Assembly: GCF_013215215.1 (NCBI RefSeq)
Contig: NZ_JABSOU010000001.1
DNA from: Cognatishimia sp.
Lineage (GTDB): Bacteria > Pseudomonadota > Alphaproteobacteria > Rhodobacterales > Rhodobacteraceae
Strand: one strand, 5' to 3'
Length of the DNA: 64,000 nt
Shown: in pieces, positions 19,952 through 29,775 of the stretch
How the letters are laid out: every line of letters begins with the position of its first letter
Position numbering within the stretch: the first letter of the stretch is position 1
Position numbers and translations under genes: made by a program
The notes under the pieces: generated by a model
Told to the model about the DNA's origin: nothing
The model's input: only the letters and a program-made list of their open reading frames with translations
Database searches by the model: none

Positions 19952-20596
19952 TTAAGGAACCATTAATGTAACCCCATTCACTGCAAACCCACCAGAGGAG
20001 AAAGTAAAAGTACTACCCCCAGCATTTACAGTAACAACTGAGTCACTTATATTAATATTGTTCGACCCTTTGCTAGCAACAACCCCTGAGTCGTTAATTA
20101 CAACTTCTGAGTTACCTTTAGATAGCTTAACCCTATTGGAATTTAATAGTAATTCACTGTCATCAAATTCTGCTTTAAACTCATTTTCGTCTAAATACAT
20201 ATCAAAGTTTTCTGATGACACGTGCCAATCTTTAGAAATATCTGGGGATTGTGAACCAGATATAAAGAAGGGCAAAGCGTAACCACTAGACAAACTCCTA
20301 CTATTTGATATAAATAGCATCCTGTCCCCCACCACAGGTTTTTTATAATCTAATACATTGCTTGACCCAGTTTGTAATACAGGAATAAACCCAGTATTTT
20401 GATTAGGGTTTTGAGCGTTTTGTATATTTAAGTTTACTTTTTTTCCGTTATTGGATACCCTAGTTACTACCCCTAACCTAAACATAGAGAAGATGAACGT
20501 ATAGAGTTCATTAAAAACCATAAAGGGATCAAATAAACGCTCTTCTGTAGTATTAAGGTCCATAGCAATCCTCTTGGGAATCTGTATAGTCATCAA
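19952..20596 (-). CDS. baseplate hub/spike protein gpV-like
   Basis: 214 aa, first gene of V-W-J-I series. Confidence 0.45.
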   Translation of the reverse strand: MMTIQIPKRIAMDLNTTEERLFDPFMVFNELYTFIFSMFRLGVVTRVSNNGKKVNLNIQNAQNPNQNTGFIPVLQTGSSNVLDYKKPVVGDRMLFISNSRSLSSGYALPFFISGSQSPDISKDWHVSSENFDMYLDENEFKAEFDDSELLLNSNRVKLSKGNSEVVINDSGVVASKGSNNINISDSVVTVNAGGSTFTFSSGGFAVNGVTLMVP

Positions 20597-21377
20597 CTAC
20601 TAAGGAGCTATCATCATACCTTTCGTTACCTAACTGCTCATGGAAATATACACTAGTAAGGTTTATAGGGACTTCAGTAGTAGGTTCATTTATGGTAGAT
20701 TGTATTATAGTAGGCAATGACCAATCCATTTTGTATATCAAGTATTTATCTCCAAAGTCTACAAAAAAAGAACTCACACACTCTATACGCTTAGATTTAG
20801 GCAATGAATTTACCTCAAAACCTATTAAGCATGAGTATAAAGACCTTATGCACCTTTCAGCTACATCTAAAGTAGCTAACCCCCCAGTAGACAAAGTATA
20901 ACTAACACTAACTGTAGCATCCTCTTCTATTTCTCTATTATTTACGGCACTTAATCTACTGGTGTAAGGATCAAAAGTATATTCTTCTCTTACTTCATAA
21001 GTAGTTGATAAGTCTTGGCTTTTTACTACTAACTTCCTTATAAACGCATTAGGGGTAGAATTTAGTATTACTGATCCGTTTACTAACGTAACCTCTTGGT
21101 CTACTATATCCTCTTGGCTTTGATTAGTCCTATCCTCATAGTCTACTGTTACTATAGTAGAGAAATTATAAGAAGTAACTTGCTCAGTTTCATTACCCAT
21201 TAAAGGCTGCATACTTCTAGGTGAAGGCTCTACAATAACAAAAGGTCTAGTTATCCCAGCAGACATATCCCCATTATTGCCTCTATTAGCTTGGAACTCT
21301 GGAGCTGCAATTACCGCATCAGAAAAAATAGGGCAATCACGTCTTATTTTATTAATTATTTCTGCCCAGACTGACAT
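20553..21377 (-). CDS. hypothetical virion/neck-region protein
   Basis: 274-aa ORF between neck genes and baseplate. Confidence 0.35.
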   Translation of the reverse strand: MSVWAEIINKIRRDCPIFSDAVIAAPEFQANRGNNGDMSAGITRPFVIVEPSPRSMQPLMGNETEQVTSYNFSTIVTVDYEDRTNQSQEDIVDQEVTLVNGSVILNSTPNAFIRKLVVKSQDLSTTYEVREEYTFDPYTSRLSAVNNREIEEDATVSVSYTLSTGGLATLDVAERCIRSLYSCLIGFEVNSLPKSKRIECVSSFFVDFGDKYLIYKMDWSLPTIIQSTINEPTTEVPINLTSVYFHEQLGNERYDDSSLVVDDYTDSQEDCYGP

Positions 21378-21817
21378 TACTTAAGGCTCTCCTTTATGGC
21401 TTTTTCTATACTACTAAATAAAAATGTTTCTACTGGCTCTTTTATATTGTCAAATATAGGTCTACCCAAAACATTATTTAGAACAGAAGCATAACCTATT
21501 CTAGGGTCTATATATACAGTACCCATTATAAAATCCCTACTATGATGCATTTCCTCTCTAATAGAGTTTATAAGAGTCCCTGTAAGAACTGCTGGCGATT
21601 CCCCAGGTGCAGATGCTTGATGGTTGGAAAACACCCTACCGCCTTTCTGTATAGTAGGATAAACTTTACCTTTCTTTGGTTTCCTCATATCTGCAACACT
21701 AGATTGCTTAGCTTTTGCCATTGATACTAAAACAGCAGAATAAACAGAGCTGTGTAACTTGCCAAAGTCTATTGTATTTTCTTTATTCTGTTTTATTTTA
21801 GATATTATTACGCTCAT
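21377..21817 (-). CDS. HK97 gp10-like head-tail joining/tail completion protein
   Basis: 146 aa; motif HQASAPGESPAVLTGTLINSI matches the H.A.PGE.P...TG.L..SI signature of HK97 gp10 family. Confidence 0.5.
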   Translation of the reverse strand: MSVIISKIKQNKENTIDFGKLHSSVYSAVLVSMAKAKQSSVADMRKPKKGKVYPTIQKGGRVFSNHQASAPGESPAVLTGTLINSIREEMHHSRDFIMGTVYIDPRIGYASVLNNVLGRPIFDNIKEPVETFLFSSIEKAIKESLK

Positions 21818-22287
21818 TCAAAAAAACCAGTGTACTTAGGTATCTCCGTTACTTCTTCTTTAGTTTCTAAAGTAGACTTAATTTCTTCTATTTGTATGTT
21901 CTTGACATCATTGGCTTCTACTGTAAATAAAGCCTCGAAATCTCTCTCCCTAGCGTTTCTAACGTGCCGAACTCCAACTATATGATAGAGCTTGTCCCTA
22001 AAAATGACGTAGTCTTCTCTTTCCCTAATTTCTATTTTAGGAGCTTTTCTTATAGAGAATATAAAAGCTTGCTCTTCTAACAATCCTTCATATGCACCTG
22101 TAGTGGCAATTTCTGCAATTTCATACTTCGCCTTACAGTCACGTATTTTTTTAAAAGTCCTATTAAATTCGGTATCTCCTCCAGTGGTGTCTGGGGACAT
22201 AGAAATTCTTACTATGGTAATAGGGTTTGATAACTCCTTTGTTTTAGGAGTTTTAACGAATAAAAATCGTTCGCCTAATTGAACCAT
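21814..22287 (-). CDS. neck/head-closure protein (by position)
   Basis: 157-aa ORF overlapping the next gene by 4 nt. Confidence 0.35.
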   Translation of the reverse strand: MVQLGERFLFVKTPKTKELSNPITIVRISMSPDTTGGDTEFNRTFKKIRDCKAKYEIAEIATTGAYEGLLEEQAFIFSIRKAPKIEIREREDYVIFRDKLYHIVGVRHVRNARERDFEALFTVEANDVKNIQIEEIKSTLETKEEVTEIPKYTGFFE

Positions 22288-22301
22288 ATACTAAGTGTGC
22301 C

Positions 22302-22886
22302 TTAATGCCTATAGAATTTATACTTAGAAGCATCAACAAGTTTTTCGAAAGGAATTTCAGTACCTTGTTCGTCATACATATGAGTAACGCCATTTTCTAT
22401 AGCTGTAAGTACAGCGCTAGGACAGTTGCCAGGGCTCCAACCCATTTCTACTACTACCTCTAAATAGTTTACAGAGTTAGAGAACAAACTAGTATTATTT
22501 AAAAACAATATCCTGTTACTTATAGAATCAAAAACATAATCCGTACCCTCAGATAGCGGGGTTTTTACTAATGTATCCGATACTTGATTAACACCAGTAA
22601 CAGACTCTATAGGTATTCGTTGAAACCTAAAAGAGTTATTATTAGATATTAATTTATCTGGGTCATCCTTAAAACCTAAATGATCTATTTTAGAAGCTCT
22701 TACAATTTTTACTGCTGTAGATTTAGTAATTGGATAACCTAGGTATTGCTCAGTTCTGTTTATAGCCGACTTCTCATAATTAGATATTTTGTCGTCATCT
22801 TCTGACCAATCTACGTTAATTATCTTTTGTTTAAGAAACTCTAATGGTATTAAAGAATCTACTTTTCTTTCTGTTACTCTAAACAC
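22302..22886 (-). CDS. head-tail adaptor-like protein (by position)
   Basis: 194-aa ORF downstream of capsid-associated genes. Confidence 0.35.
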   Translation of the reverse strand: MFRVTERKVDSLIPLEFLKQKIINVDWSEDDDKISNYEKSAINRTEQYLGYPITKSTAVKIVRASKIDHLGFKDDPDKLISNNNSFRFQRIPIESVTGVNQVSDTLVKTPLSEGTDYVFDSISNRILFLNNTSLFSNSVNYLEVVVEMGWSPGNCPSAVLTAIENGVTHMYDEQGTEIPFEKLVDASKYKFYRH

Positions 22887-23347
22887 TATTTAGTGACCGT
22901 TTTAGACTTCCCTTTACCTCTGCCTCTACCTGTTTTAGGTTGAGTAGTTTTAGGTGCTTCTTCTTTAGTAGCTACTGTAGCTTCTTTAGTTTCTTCCTCT
23001 TTTTTAGTCTCGTCTTCAGTGCCTTCTTTTTTACCTAAGTCTTCTAAGCTTTCGTTTAAACTATCTAAAGCTTCTTTAGTTTCTTCCTCTTTTTTAGTCT
23101 CGTCTTCAGACTTAGTAGTTTCTTTGTTATCAACTAAAACTTCTTTAACTTCGAATAAAACTCTAGGTGCTTTAAAACTAAAATTCTTAATACTAGTTAC
23201 CTGTACTAATTCATCTTTAAACTTATTATAGAATGCTTCGTCAACTTCCACTAATTTATCTTTAATTAATTCTACACCACCTACTAGACCTTTAGCAGTT
23301 CTAGAGTATTGTAAATTTGCGTAATATTTTTTAACTTTTTTTGCCAT
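22886..23347 (-). CDS. Lys/Glu-rich repeat protein, candidate capsid decoration or DNA-binding protein
   Basis: 153 aa; internal repeat EDETKKEEETKEA encoded by a perfect 40-bp direct repeat (22980-23019 and 23070-23109); C-terminal GRGRGKGKSK; first gene after major capsid. Confidence 0.5.
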   Translation of the reverse strand: MAKKVKKYYANLQYSRTAKGLVGGVELIKDKLVEVDEAFYNKFKDELVQVTSIKNFSFKAPRVLFEVKEVLVDNKETTKSEDETKKEEETKEALDSLNESLEDLGKKEGTEDETKKEEETKEATVATKEEAPKTTQPKTGRGRGKGKSKTVTK

Positions 23348-23362
23348 ATAATAATTATACGA

Positions 23363-23392
23363 AAAAAAAGAGCCCAGTCACCTGAGCCCTTT
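23363..23392 (-). terminator. imperfect hairpin + T8 run after capsid gene (weak terminator)
   Basis: Minus strand GGGCTCAG-gtga-CTGGGCTC (one mismatch) followed by TTTTTTTT. Confidence 0.3.
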
Positions 23393-23419
23393 TTATATTT
23401 TGATACACAGTAGATAATA

Positions 23420-24430
23420 TTAAGGAGTAAGACCTAATTGCTGGTAAACTACCGCATCTAGTTCTTGCCATGTTATATCAGCTTCAGTATGGATATAAGT
23501 TTCATATCTATCTTGTCTTGCAGAGTAGTCTTTAACGATTCTCATATCGCCATCGCCTATTCTAGGACACCACATCATATTCTTAGGCATAGTAAGTAAT
23601 ATAGTGTTTTCAGGTATGAATACATCACCTATTACAGGTATTCCGTTGTAATTGAAAGCTTCGACATTACCGAATAAGAAGATATCACCAGCAGCAGTCT
23701 GTCTATCTTTTCTTATAGCAGATCTGAACCTGTTGTAATCTTTCTTGTTCATAATATAAGCAAAGTCACCACTAACTTGTAGGTATTCATTAGGTAAAGT
23801 GTTTTGCATCTCGTCTAATATGTCAAAGATTTTAAGAGCTGTAGAATTAAATGGATCAGTTGTATCATCTACTGGGTTAACTAACTCTGTTTTAGGGTTG
23901 TTAGCAGCATCTAAAAGGAAACCATTAAATAGTCTCATAACCTCTTGTCTTTGTGCATTACCTGCGTCTACAAAAGCAGGATCTGCATTAACAGCAATAT
24001 CTAACCAGTTATTAGTTAAAGTTTGGATTAATTGCTTTTCGTGAGCTCTTGAGATTTTACCTCCACCTACTGCAATATCCGTTAAGATTTCGTGAGTTAA
24101 GTAAGTAGCTGCACTAATCTTTTTAGGTTGGATATCTATGTAAGAAAGGTTAGATTTAGAATATTCTGACTCTTGTGGAGCAGTATTCTCATCTTTTACA
24201 TAAAGAACCCAATCTTGCATTAAGGTTTTAGTAATCCTAGTCTCTTTAGGGTTTCTTACAGGGTATACTTCCATTAAGCTGAATAAAGTAGGTCTAGCGA
24301 TCATTTTTTCGATCAACTCTTCCGCTACCTCCATAGGTATGTCTACACCAGCAGAGACGGCTTGAGTAAGTAATAAACCTTCTTTTTGAGACTTCTGCTT
24401 ACCTGTATATTTTTCTAAGTTTTTAGTCAT
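23420..24430 (-). CDS. major capsid protein
   Basis: 336 aa, follows scaffold-like gene, precedes terminator; order portal-MuF-X-scaffold-MCP. Confidence 0.6.
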   Translation of the reverse strand: MTKNLEKYTGKQKSQKEGLLLTQAVSAGVDIPMEVAEELIEKMIARPTLFSLMEVYPVRNPKETRITKTLMQDWVLYVKDENTAPQESEYSKSNLSYIDIQPKKISAATYLTHEILTDIAVGGGKISRAHEKQLIQTLTNNWLDIAVNADPAFVDAGNAQRQEVMRLFNGFLLDAANNPKTELVNPVDDTTDPFNSTALKIFDILDEMQNTLPNEYLQVSGDFAYIMNKKDYNRFRSAIRKDRQTAAGDIFLFGNVEAFNYNGIPVIGDVFIPENTILLTMPKNMMWCPRIGDGDMRIVKDYSARQDRYETYIHTEADITWQELDAVVYQQLGLTP

Positions 24431-24453
24431 TTGTTTTATGTTCTCCGTTATTA

Positions 24454-25407
24454 CTAGTTAATAAACGCCTCAGAAAGAAAATCTAAATATTTAGAACCCG
24501 TATCTACGACATCCTCTTTACTAGATTTTTCTGCTGCTGCATCCGAATTAGAGGCAACTGAATAAGTCTCTAACGCTTCTTTTAATGAAGCAACTTTTTC
24601 ATCTGCTGAATTTTTATCAGCTTTAAGCGCTTCTGTAGCCTCTTTCATTTCTTTGATACTTTTTACAGCATCTTCAATCAGAGACTCACTTTCTTTGATA
24701 CTCTTTTTTAAACCTTCATTATCTTCTTTTAAAGTAGAGTTCTCTGTTTTAAGAACTTCTAATTGTTTAGATAATTCATCTGCTTGTTTTTTAGATTCTA
24801 CTAAAGCTTCTGTAGCCTCTTTTAAAACAGCCTCTGTTTTTTCATCTTCCTCTTGTTTAGCTTTGGCTTCTTTTTCCTCAGCTTCCTTAGCTTCTACTTC
24901 AGCTTTGTCATCTTCTTTTATAGACTTCACAACGCCTTCAAGCATGCTTTTTAATTTATTAATTCCATCTGTGCTCATCGCTAAATCATTCTCCTTATCA
25001 GATACTGAAAGTGTACGAGATTGTTTTTCTTCAGAATCTTTTGTACTTTTTAATTGTTCTTCATCAGATTTTTCAGAAGTTCTAGGGTCTGTCAGAATCA
25101 ACTCAAGGTCTCCCAAAAAAATACTGGATCTCTTTACTGAAGCATCTATAGCTTCTTTTGTACTAACCACTGTTCCGGTTTCATTGCTAGTGTAACTATC
25201 TTCTTCAAACATCTCCTTCGCAAAATCTAAAGCACCGTTATCACTAGTAGATTTGACTTGTATAACAGAAGGGACTAAATCCATATCCGCTGATTTATAG
25301 GAGGCAGATAACCCTGTAGCAGGTTTGCCGACTAAACTAACAAAGTCTACCTCAGCATCTCTACAATAGGTAATTTTTTGGTTTTTCTTACTTTTCTTAT
25401 ATCGCAT
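24454..25407 (-). CDS. scaffolding protein
   Basis: 317 aa, extremely acidic/KE-rich coiled coil (EAKEAEEKEAKAKQEEDEKTEA…), immediately upstream of capsid gene. Confidence 0.55.
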   Translation of the reverse strand: MRYKKSKKNQKITYCRDAEVDFVSLVGKPATGLSASYKSADMDLVPSVIQVKSTSDNGALDFAKEMFEEDSYTSNETGTVVSTKEAIDASVKRSSIFLGDLELILTDPRTSEKSDEEQLKSTKDSEEKQSRTLSVSDKENDLAMSTDGINKLKSMLEGVVKSIKEDDKAEVEAKEAEEKEAKAKQEEDEKTEAVLKEATEALVESKKQADELSKQLEVLKTENSTLKEDNEGLKKSIKESESLIEDAVKSIKEMKEATEALKADKNSADEKVASLKEALETYSVASNSDAAAEKSSKEDVVDTGSKYLDFLSEAFIN

Positions 25408-25990
25408 TTCTATTTATCCTGTGTCCGTGGTTTCCTTCTATCATTACGTGTGAAGGGTTTATTGATGTGTGGTAATGACCCTTAACTGGATTGGTAATGC
25501 CCCCAATAAACTCACCGTTTTGGTCGTATAAAAGTACCACTATATGAGTGTGGTCTAAAGTACGCTCTGTATAGAAAATCTCAAACCTAGTTACTTCTAC
25601 TTGTTTAGTAACTTCTTCCTTGAAGAGCATTGCTTGGTAACTAAACCCAGACAATACGCCTTGTTTGAACATTTCTATAACTCGCTCATCTTCTACTTTT
25701 ACCGCTAATACCCAATCTCCTTCTTGATACTCAGGGTCTCCAGCTCTAGCTATAAAACTTTCTACTGGGTATGCAGCTATAGGTATTTCATTGTGTGATA
25801 TGTCAATCGAAAACCTAAGATCAGATTTGGACATAAAATTATGAGCCATCTTTTCTACTTCTTCTGCGGTAAATGTTTCGTTATAACTATCTACTAGCTC
25901 GGGCCTATATACTACCCCGTAAATTATTCCTTTTTCGGAATTTATAGAAGATACAGTTACGTTATTATTTGTAACGGTCTTTAAAGCCAT
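25397..25990 (-). CDS. head morphogenesis protein (possible prohead protease by position)
   Basis: 197-aa ORF between MuF-like and scaffold genes; no catalytic motif verified. Confidence 0.3.
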   Translation of the reverse strand: MALKTVTNNNVTVSSINSEKGIIYGVVYRPELVDSYNETFTAEEVEKMAHNFMSKSDLRFSIDISHNEIPIAAYPVESFIARAGDPEYQEGDWVLAVKVEDERVIEMFKQGVLSGFSYQAMLFKEEVTKQVEVTRFEIFYTERTLDHTHIVVLLYDQNGEFIGGITNPVKGHYHTSINPSHVMIEGNHGHRINRNAI

Positions 25991-26005
25991 TTAAATAAAG
26001 TGTAC

Positions 26006-26896
26006 TTATGTAGATAATCTTCTACTAGCTACTATAGTAGATCTACAATTAGGATGGAAATTTGCAGGTATAGCACTAGTTACTTCTTCTAAGCTAGGTT
26101 TAGCATATCTTAATACAGTTTTATCAATACCTGCTGGCACATCATAATAAGTATCTAAAGTAGCTAAATTAGTAGACACTTCCCACTCACTACCATGTAA
26201 ACTATTACATATATGACTAGTATCAGCATCTTGTATAGCTATATACCTGTAATGGGTTATATCATTAACTACCATGGCATTTAGATAACCAGCATGATAT
26301 AATCTTATAACTGTGTTACTTGCTAGTTGATTGAAATATTGATTATTTAAAAAAATCTTATTTAGGGTTTCTGAATCTATAGCGGACTGTCTATTATTTA
26401 GAGCCGGTAGAAATACCCTATTTACATATTCCCCATAATAGTAATTTAATTTATCTATAGTCGATTCTATATATTTATCTTCATCTATAGAATTTAACCC
26501 TTCTTGGTTAATTTCGTTCCTAGGCAGAACTCTCTTTATCACTGCTGTATTTATTGAATCATCTATAGCTACCCTAAATACTTCTCTTAAAAAATTCCGT
26601 ATAAGTGTTATGTCTGATTCGGTAAGAAGTCTTACGTTTGCTAATCTCTGACCTATAGTGGTTATAGCAGATTGTGCTAAAACCCCAGAGTCTATGGCCC
26701 TAAGTATCTCTTCTCTTATTCTATCTGTCCGAGTTATAAATAAACCAGCTAAAAAAGACGCTAATTCAAATTCTTTTTGGGAATAATATACTACTTGAGA
26801 TTCTGCTACCCCTCGTAAGCTAATATCTGGTTTTTGTATGCCATATATATCAGACTTAGCCATACCCCTTCTGGCCTCATCATTTATTAATACCAT
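26006..26896 (-). CDS. Mu gpF / SPP1 gp7-like minor head protein
   Basis: 296 aa immediately after portal; C-terminal HPNCRST motif resembles conserved NCRC-type motif of Phage_Mu_F family. Confidence 0.55.
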   Translation of the reverse strand: MVLINDEARRGMAKSDIYGIQKPDISLRGVAESQVVYYSQKEFELASFLAGLFITRTDRIREEILRAIDSGVLAQSAITTIGQRLANVRLLTESDITLIRNFLREVFRVAIDDSINTAVIKRVLPRNEINQEGLNSIDEDKYIESTIDKLNYYYGEYVNRVFLPALNNRQSAIDSETLNKIFLNNQYFNQLASNTVIRLYHAGYLNAMVVNDITHYRYIAIQDADTSHICNSLHGSEWEVSTNLATLDTYYDVPAGIDKTVLRYAKPSLEEVTSAIPANFHPNCRSTIVASRRLST

Positions 26897-28617
26897 TAAT
26901 TCTGGTTCCTTGACTGGGCGTCTATCCCACCTTGGTTAGGAGCTAATTTTTGAGGGTCAGAATTAACCTCTTCAACGGGTTCAACTATTTCTAAGGTTTT
27001 AAGAAAAGCTTCAAAAGTTTTAGACTCTATACCCTTACCTTCTTCATTATTAGTCTCTAAATAGTTCCTAAAACTATCTCTAACAGATGTGGCAGGAATG
27101 TTACCCCAGAAATCTTCTATTATAGGAATCTCTAAATTTAAATGGTTGTTAATCATTTGGATTATAGTATTAGGAGTTAACGCACCTGAAGCTATTCCGT
27201 ATCTTATAGCTAAGAATACAGATTCTTGTTTTAGAATATTGGTAGGTTTAAATCTAAAAGACCAATCCTTATCCGCAAAACCATTCTCGTCTACTAATAT
27301 GACCTTAGAAACAAAATCTTCAAACTTTTTCCTTAGAGGCCCAAATACCTCGGCTTCAGCAGACAAGATAGCAACTTCAGCAGACGCTTTATCAGAACCC
27401 TTAGACATCCCTATTAAGATCGGGTCTATTCTATAGGAACTTAATATCAACCTATTTACCTGTTCTTTAAAATTTTGGAATATAGCATCGTCTTGTCTAC
27501 CCTCTATTAAAGGTTTAATATCTAATTTAGGTACAGGTATAGTCCCAGAGTCTGAGGCCGCAGCAGCATCCCCTACAGCCTCTAAAAATAGAATACTGTT
27601 AAAAGAATCTTTACCCCTTATATCTCTAAAAGCATTTTTGACTTCATCATAGGATTCGTCAGATAAAGCACCCCCAGAAATCATAACTACCATATTAGGT
27701 ATAGTATTATTTTCAAAAAACCCTAAGTTCACTTCATTACAAAGCTTAGAAGCTAATATAGACGTTAATTGGTTTATCCACTCTGGTTCAGAGTATATTT
27801 GACCTGGTTCGTATGCTGATATCTCATACATTTCTGTAGCAACATTGCCATCTTCTATAGCTTTCTTTATCTCTGCTGGGGTAGTTAAAACTTCACCACT
27901 TTCTTTATCAATAGTTCTAGGGTCTCCGTACTCTTTGAAGTATATGTATCTAGGCTCCCCAGTAGTAGTTGTATAGTCTACTTTTTGTACGTACCTTCTA
28001 AAATGCTTTTTGATCTTGTGCTCTCTGACCTCACCAAACCTAAGCATTTTAACGGATACTTCTGTAGGTTCAGCATCTTTCCTAGTCTTCCTCATAGTGC
28101 TAGTGGGTACGTGGTAAAAAGCAACTGGTCTATTTATATAATTTTTATCTTTAGTAATAACATTACCTCTGATAATCTCTACATAACAACGATTAAAATC
28201 AGCATAGTCCGCACTTAAAGAAGAAAATAATTCATGTCCATATTGATCGGGGTTTGGCATATCTAATAAGGATAGGAAATTATCTTTTTTCGCTTGCATT
28301 TCAGGGCTAGCTTCTTTAGATAACTCTTTGCCTTTATAAACTAACCCGTAACCGTTACCTACAGAATTTACTTGTATACACTTAGAACATTGCCTTAATA
28401 CATCATTAGTATTTTTTATTATAAGTAATTGCTCTGGATCGTAATTAGGTTCCAGTATTTCAAACTCTGGGTTTAGACCATAACTACTAGCTTTAGGAGC
28501 GAAAGGATCTATAGACTGTTGGCTATATTTCTTAGACCTCTCCTTCATTTTTTTAGTAAATTTATCAGTAGAAGGCTTTACCTTTATTGCCTTTTTTATA
28601 GATTTTTGTTTTTCCAT
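26896..28617 (-). CDS. portal protein
   Basis: 573 aa, no Walker A, followed by MuF-like gene with start/stop overlap. Confidence 0.6.
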   Translation of the reverse strand: MEKQKSIKKAIKVKPSTDKFTKKMKERSKKYSQQSIDPFAPKASSYGLNPEFEILEPNYDPEQLLIIKNTNDVLRQCSKCIQVNSVGNGYGLVYKGKELSKEASPEMQAKKDNFLSLLDMPNPDQYGHELFSSLSADYADFNRCYVEIIRGNVITKDKNYINRPVAFYHVPTSTMRKTRKDAEPTEVSVKMLRFGEVREHKIKKHFRRYVQKVDYTTTTGEPRYIYFKEYGDPRTIDKESGEVLTTPAEIKKAIEDGNVATEMYEISAYEPGQIYSEPEWINQLTSILASKLCNEVNLGFFENNTIPNMVVMISGGALSDESYDEVKNAFRDIRGKDSFNSILFLEAVGDAAAASDSGTIPVPKLDIKPLIEGRQDDAIFQNFKEQVNRLILSSYRIDPILIGMSKGSDKASAEVAILSAEAEVFGPLRKKFEDFVSKVILVDENGFADKDWSFRFKPTNILKQESVFLAIRYGIASGALTPNTIIQMINNHLNLEIPIIEDFWGNIPATSVRDSFRNYLETNNEEGKGIESKTFEAFLKTLEIVEPVEEVNSDPQKLAPNQGGIDAQSRNQN

Positions 28618-29030
28618 TAAATATTTTTACCTGTAAGCTCTTCTCTTAGTTTGTCTGCCTTCTCCTCCATAGCTAAGTGTGCCAGAATTTTAAATTCATC
28701 ACTAAGCTTAAAGCTATATTTGGAGTCATCGAAAATTAATACTGCTCTTTTTTGTTCTAATAATTTTTCAGAAGTATGCTTGAGATCGCAATATAGGTCA
28801 ATAGCTTTAGATACCTCTTTTCCAAAAATCGGAATTTCCGATTTTATATTTTTATAGTATTCATGTTTTTCTTCGCATGAATCTGAACAAAATATAGATT
28901 TACCTTGCTCTTTTATTTGTTGTAATTTCTTTGGTCCTAATGGTTCGCACTCTTTACCGCAATGGGTGCAATTAGGGATAATAAGTTTCTTTTTATGTTC
29001 TGACATGTTGTATATACTAATTATACTCAT
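28617..29030 (-). CDS. zinc-ribbon protein (CxxC…CxxxC); unknown function
   Basis: 137 aa, CTHCGKEC…CSDSCEEKHE; first gene after terminator, upstream of portal where a terminase subunit is usually expected. Confidence 0.4.
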   Translation of the reverse strand: MSIISIYNMSEHKKKLIIPNCTHCGKECEPLGPKKLQQIKEQGKSIFCSDSCEEKHEYYKNIKSEIPIFGKEVSKAIDLYCDLKHTSEKLLEQKRAVLIFDDSKYSFKLSDEFKILAHLAMEEKADKLREELTGKNI

Positions 29031-29037
29031 GTCAAAA

Positions 29038-29076
29038 TTAAAAAAACCCTCTATCTACTGCGCAATAAATAGAGGG
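29038..29076 (-). terminator. Rho-independent terminator separating the 1180-aa protein unit from the head module
   Basis: Minus-strand hairpin CCCTCTAT-(14 nt loop)-ATAGAGGG followed by TTTTTTTAATTT. Confidence 0.55.
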
Positions 29077-29118
29077 GTCTATAGTCAAATCCAGCCTTTT
29101 AAGGGTTGGCAATAATTA

Positions 29119-29481
29119 TTATAACACAAACTCAACATTGTATATTTGCTCTATACAACTCTTTAATAGAAATAAATCCTGTTCTGTTTTTCTTACTGGA
29201 TTTATTAGTAAATAAAAATCGTCACTTTTGATCCAAAGCATTTTTAGTTTACCAGTTTCTGAATCCTCTACTAAAAAGTTACTTAATTCAACTGGGTCTT
29301 CGTTCTCCCCTAAGTCAGCTAAATATCTATTAAAGAAAACTTCTTCTACTTGCTCAGCAAAAGTGTAACTATCTTCGTAGTAAAAATCTTTAGATACTTT
29401 ATAATATTTACCAACGTGGTCTTCTAATATAAAATATTTCGAGTCTTCTATATTGGTGTTAGTTTCTATAAGACTTATCAT
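29119..29481 (-). CDS. hypothetical acidic protein
   Basis: 120-aa ORF. Confidence 0.4.
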   Translation of the reverse strand: MISLIETNTNIEDSKYFILEDHVGKYYKVSKDFYYEDSYTFAEQVEEVFFNRYLADLGENEDPVELSNFLVEDSETGKLKMLWIKSDDFYLLINPVRKTEQDLFLLKSCIEQIYNVEFVL

Positions 29482-29747
29482 TCTTTAAAGGTAATTATAT
29501 CATTTTCTACTAATATTTTGCTGTAAGGCTTAATTATACTATTTCTAAAGTGGTCATAGTAATTAGTGGATTCACTTATTATAAGAGACTTCTTACCTAA
29601 TATATAAACTTTGTTTCCTTGCTTTACTTTAAGACCACTAATTAATAAATGAGGGTAGACCCAATACTCTTTGTCCGAGGTCAACCGGTAACAAAACATA
29701 CCTTTTTTAGACAAAAAAGTTCGTAAATCATTTTTTGTGGTTGACAT
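29478..29747 (-). CDS. hypothetical protein
   Basis: 89-aa ORF overlapping next by 4 nt. Confidence 0.4.
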   Translation of the reverse strand: MSTTKNDLRTFLSKKGMFCYRLTSDKEYWVYPHLLISGLKVKQGNKVYILGKKSLIISESTNYYDHFRNSIIKPYSKILVENDIITFKE

Positions 29748-29775
29748 ATTATTACTATACCAAAAACTATTATTA

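Noticed and set aside
23363-23392. Strong terminator after capsid gene
   Set aside because: Stem has a mismatch and is short; kept only as a weak feature.
26896-28617. 573-aa protein considered as terminase large subunit
   Set aside because: No Walker A/B or nuclease motifs; followed by Mu-F-like gene, so portal is the better call.
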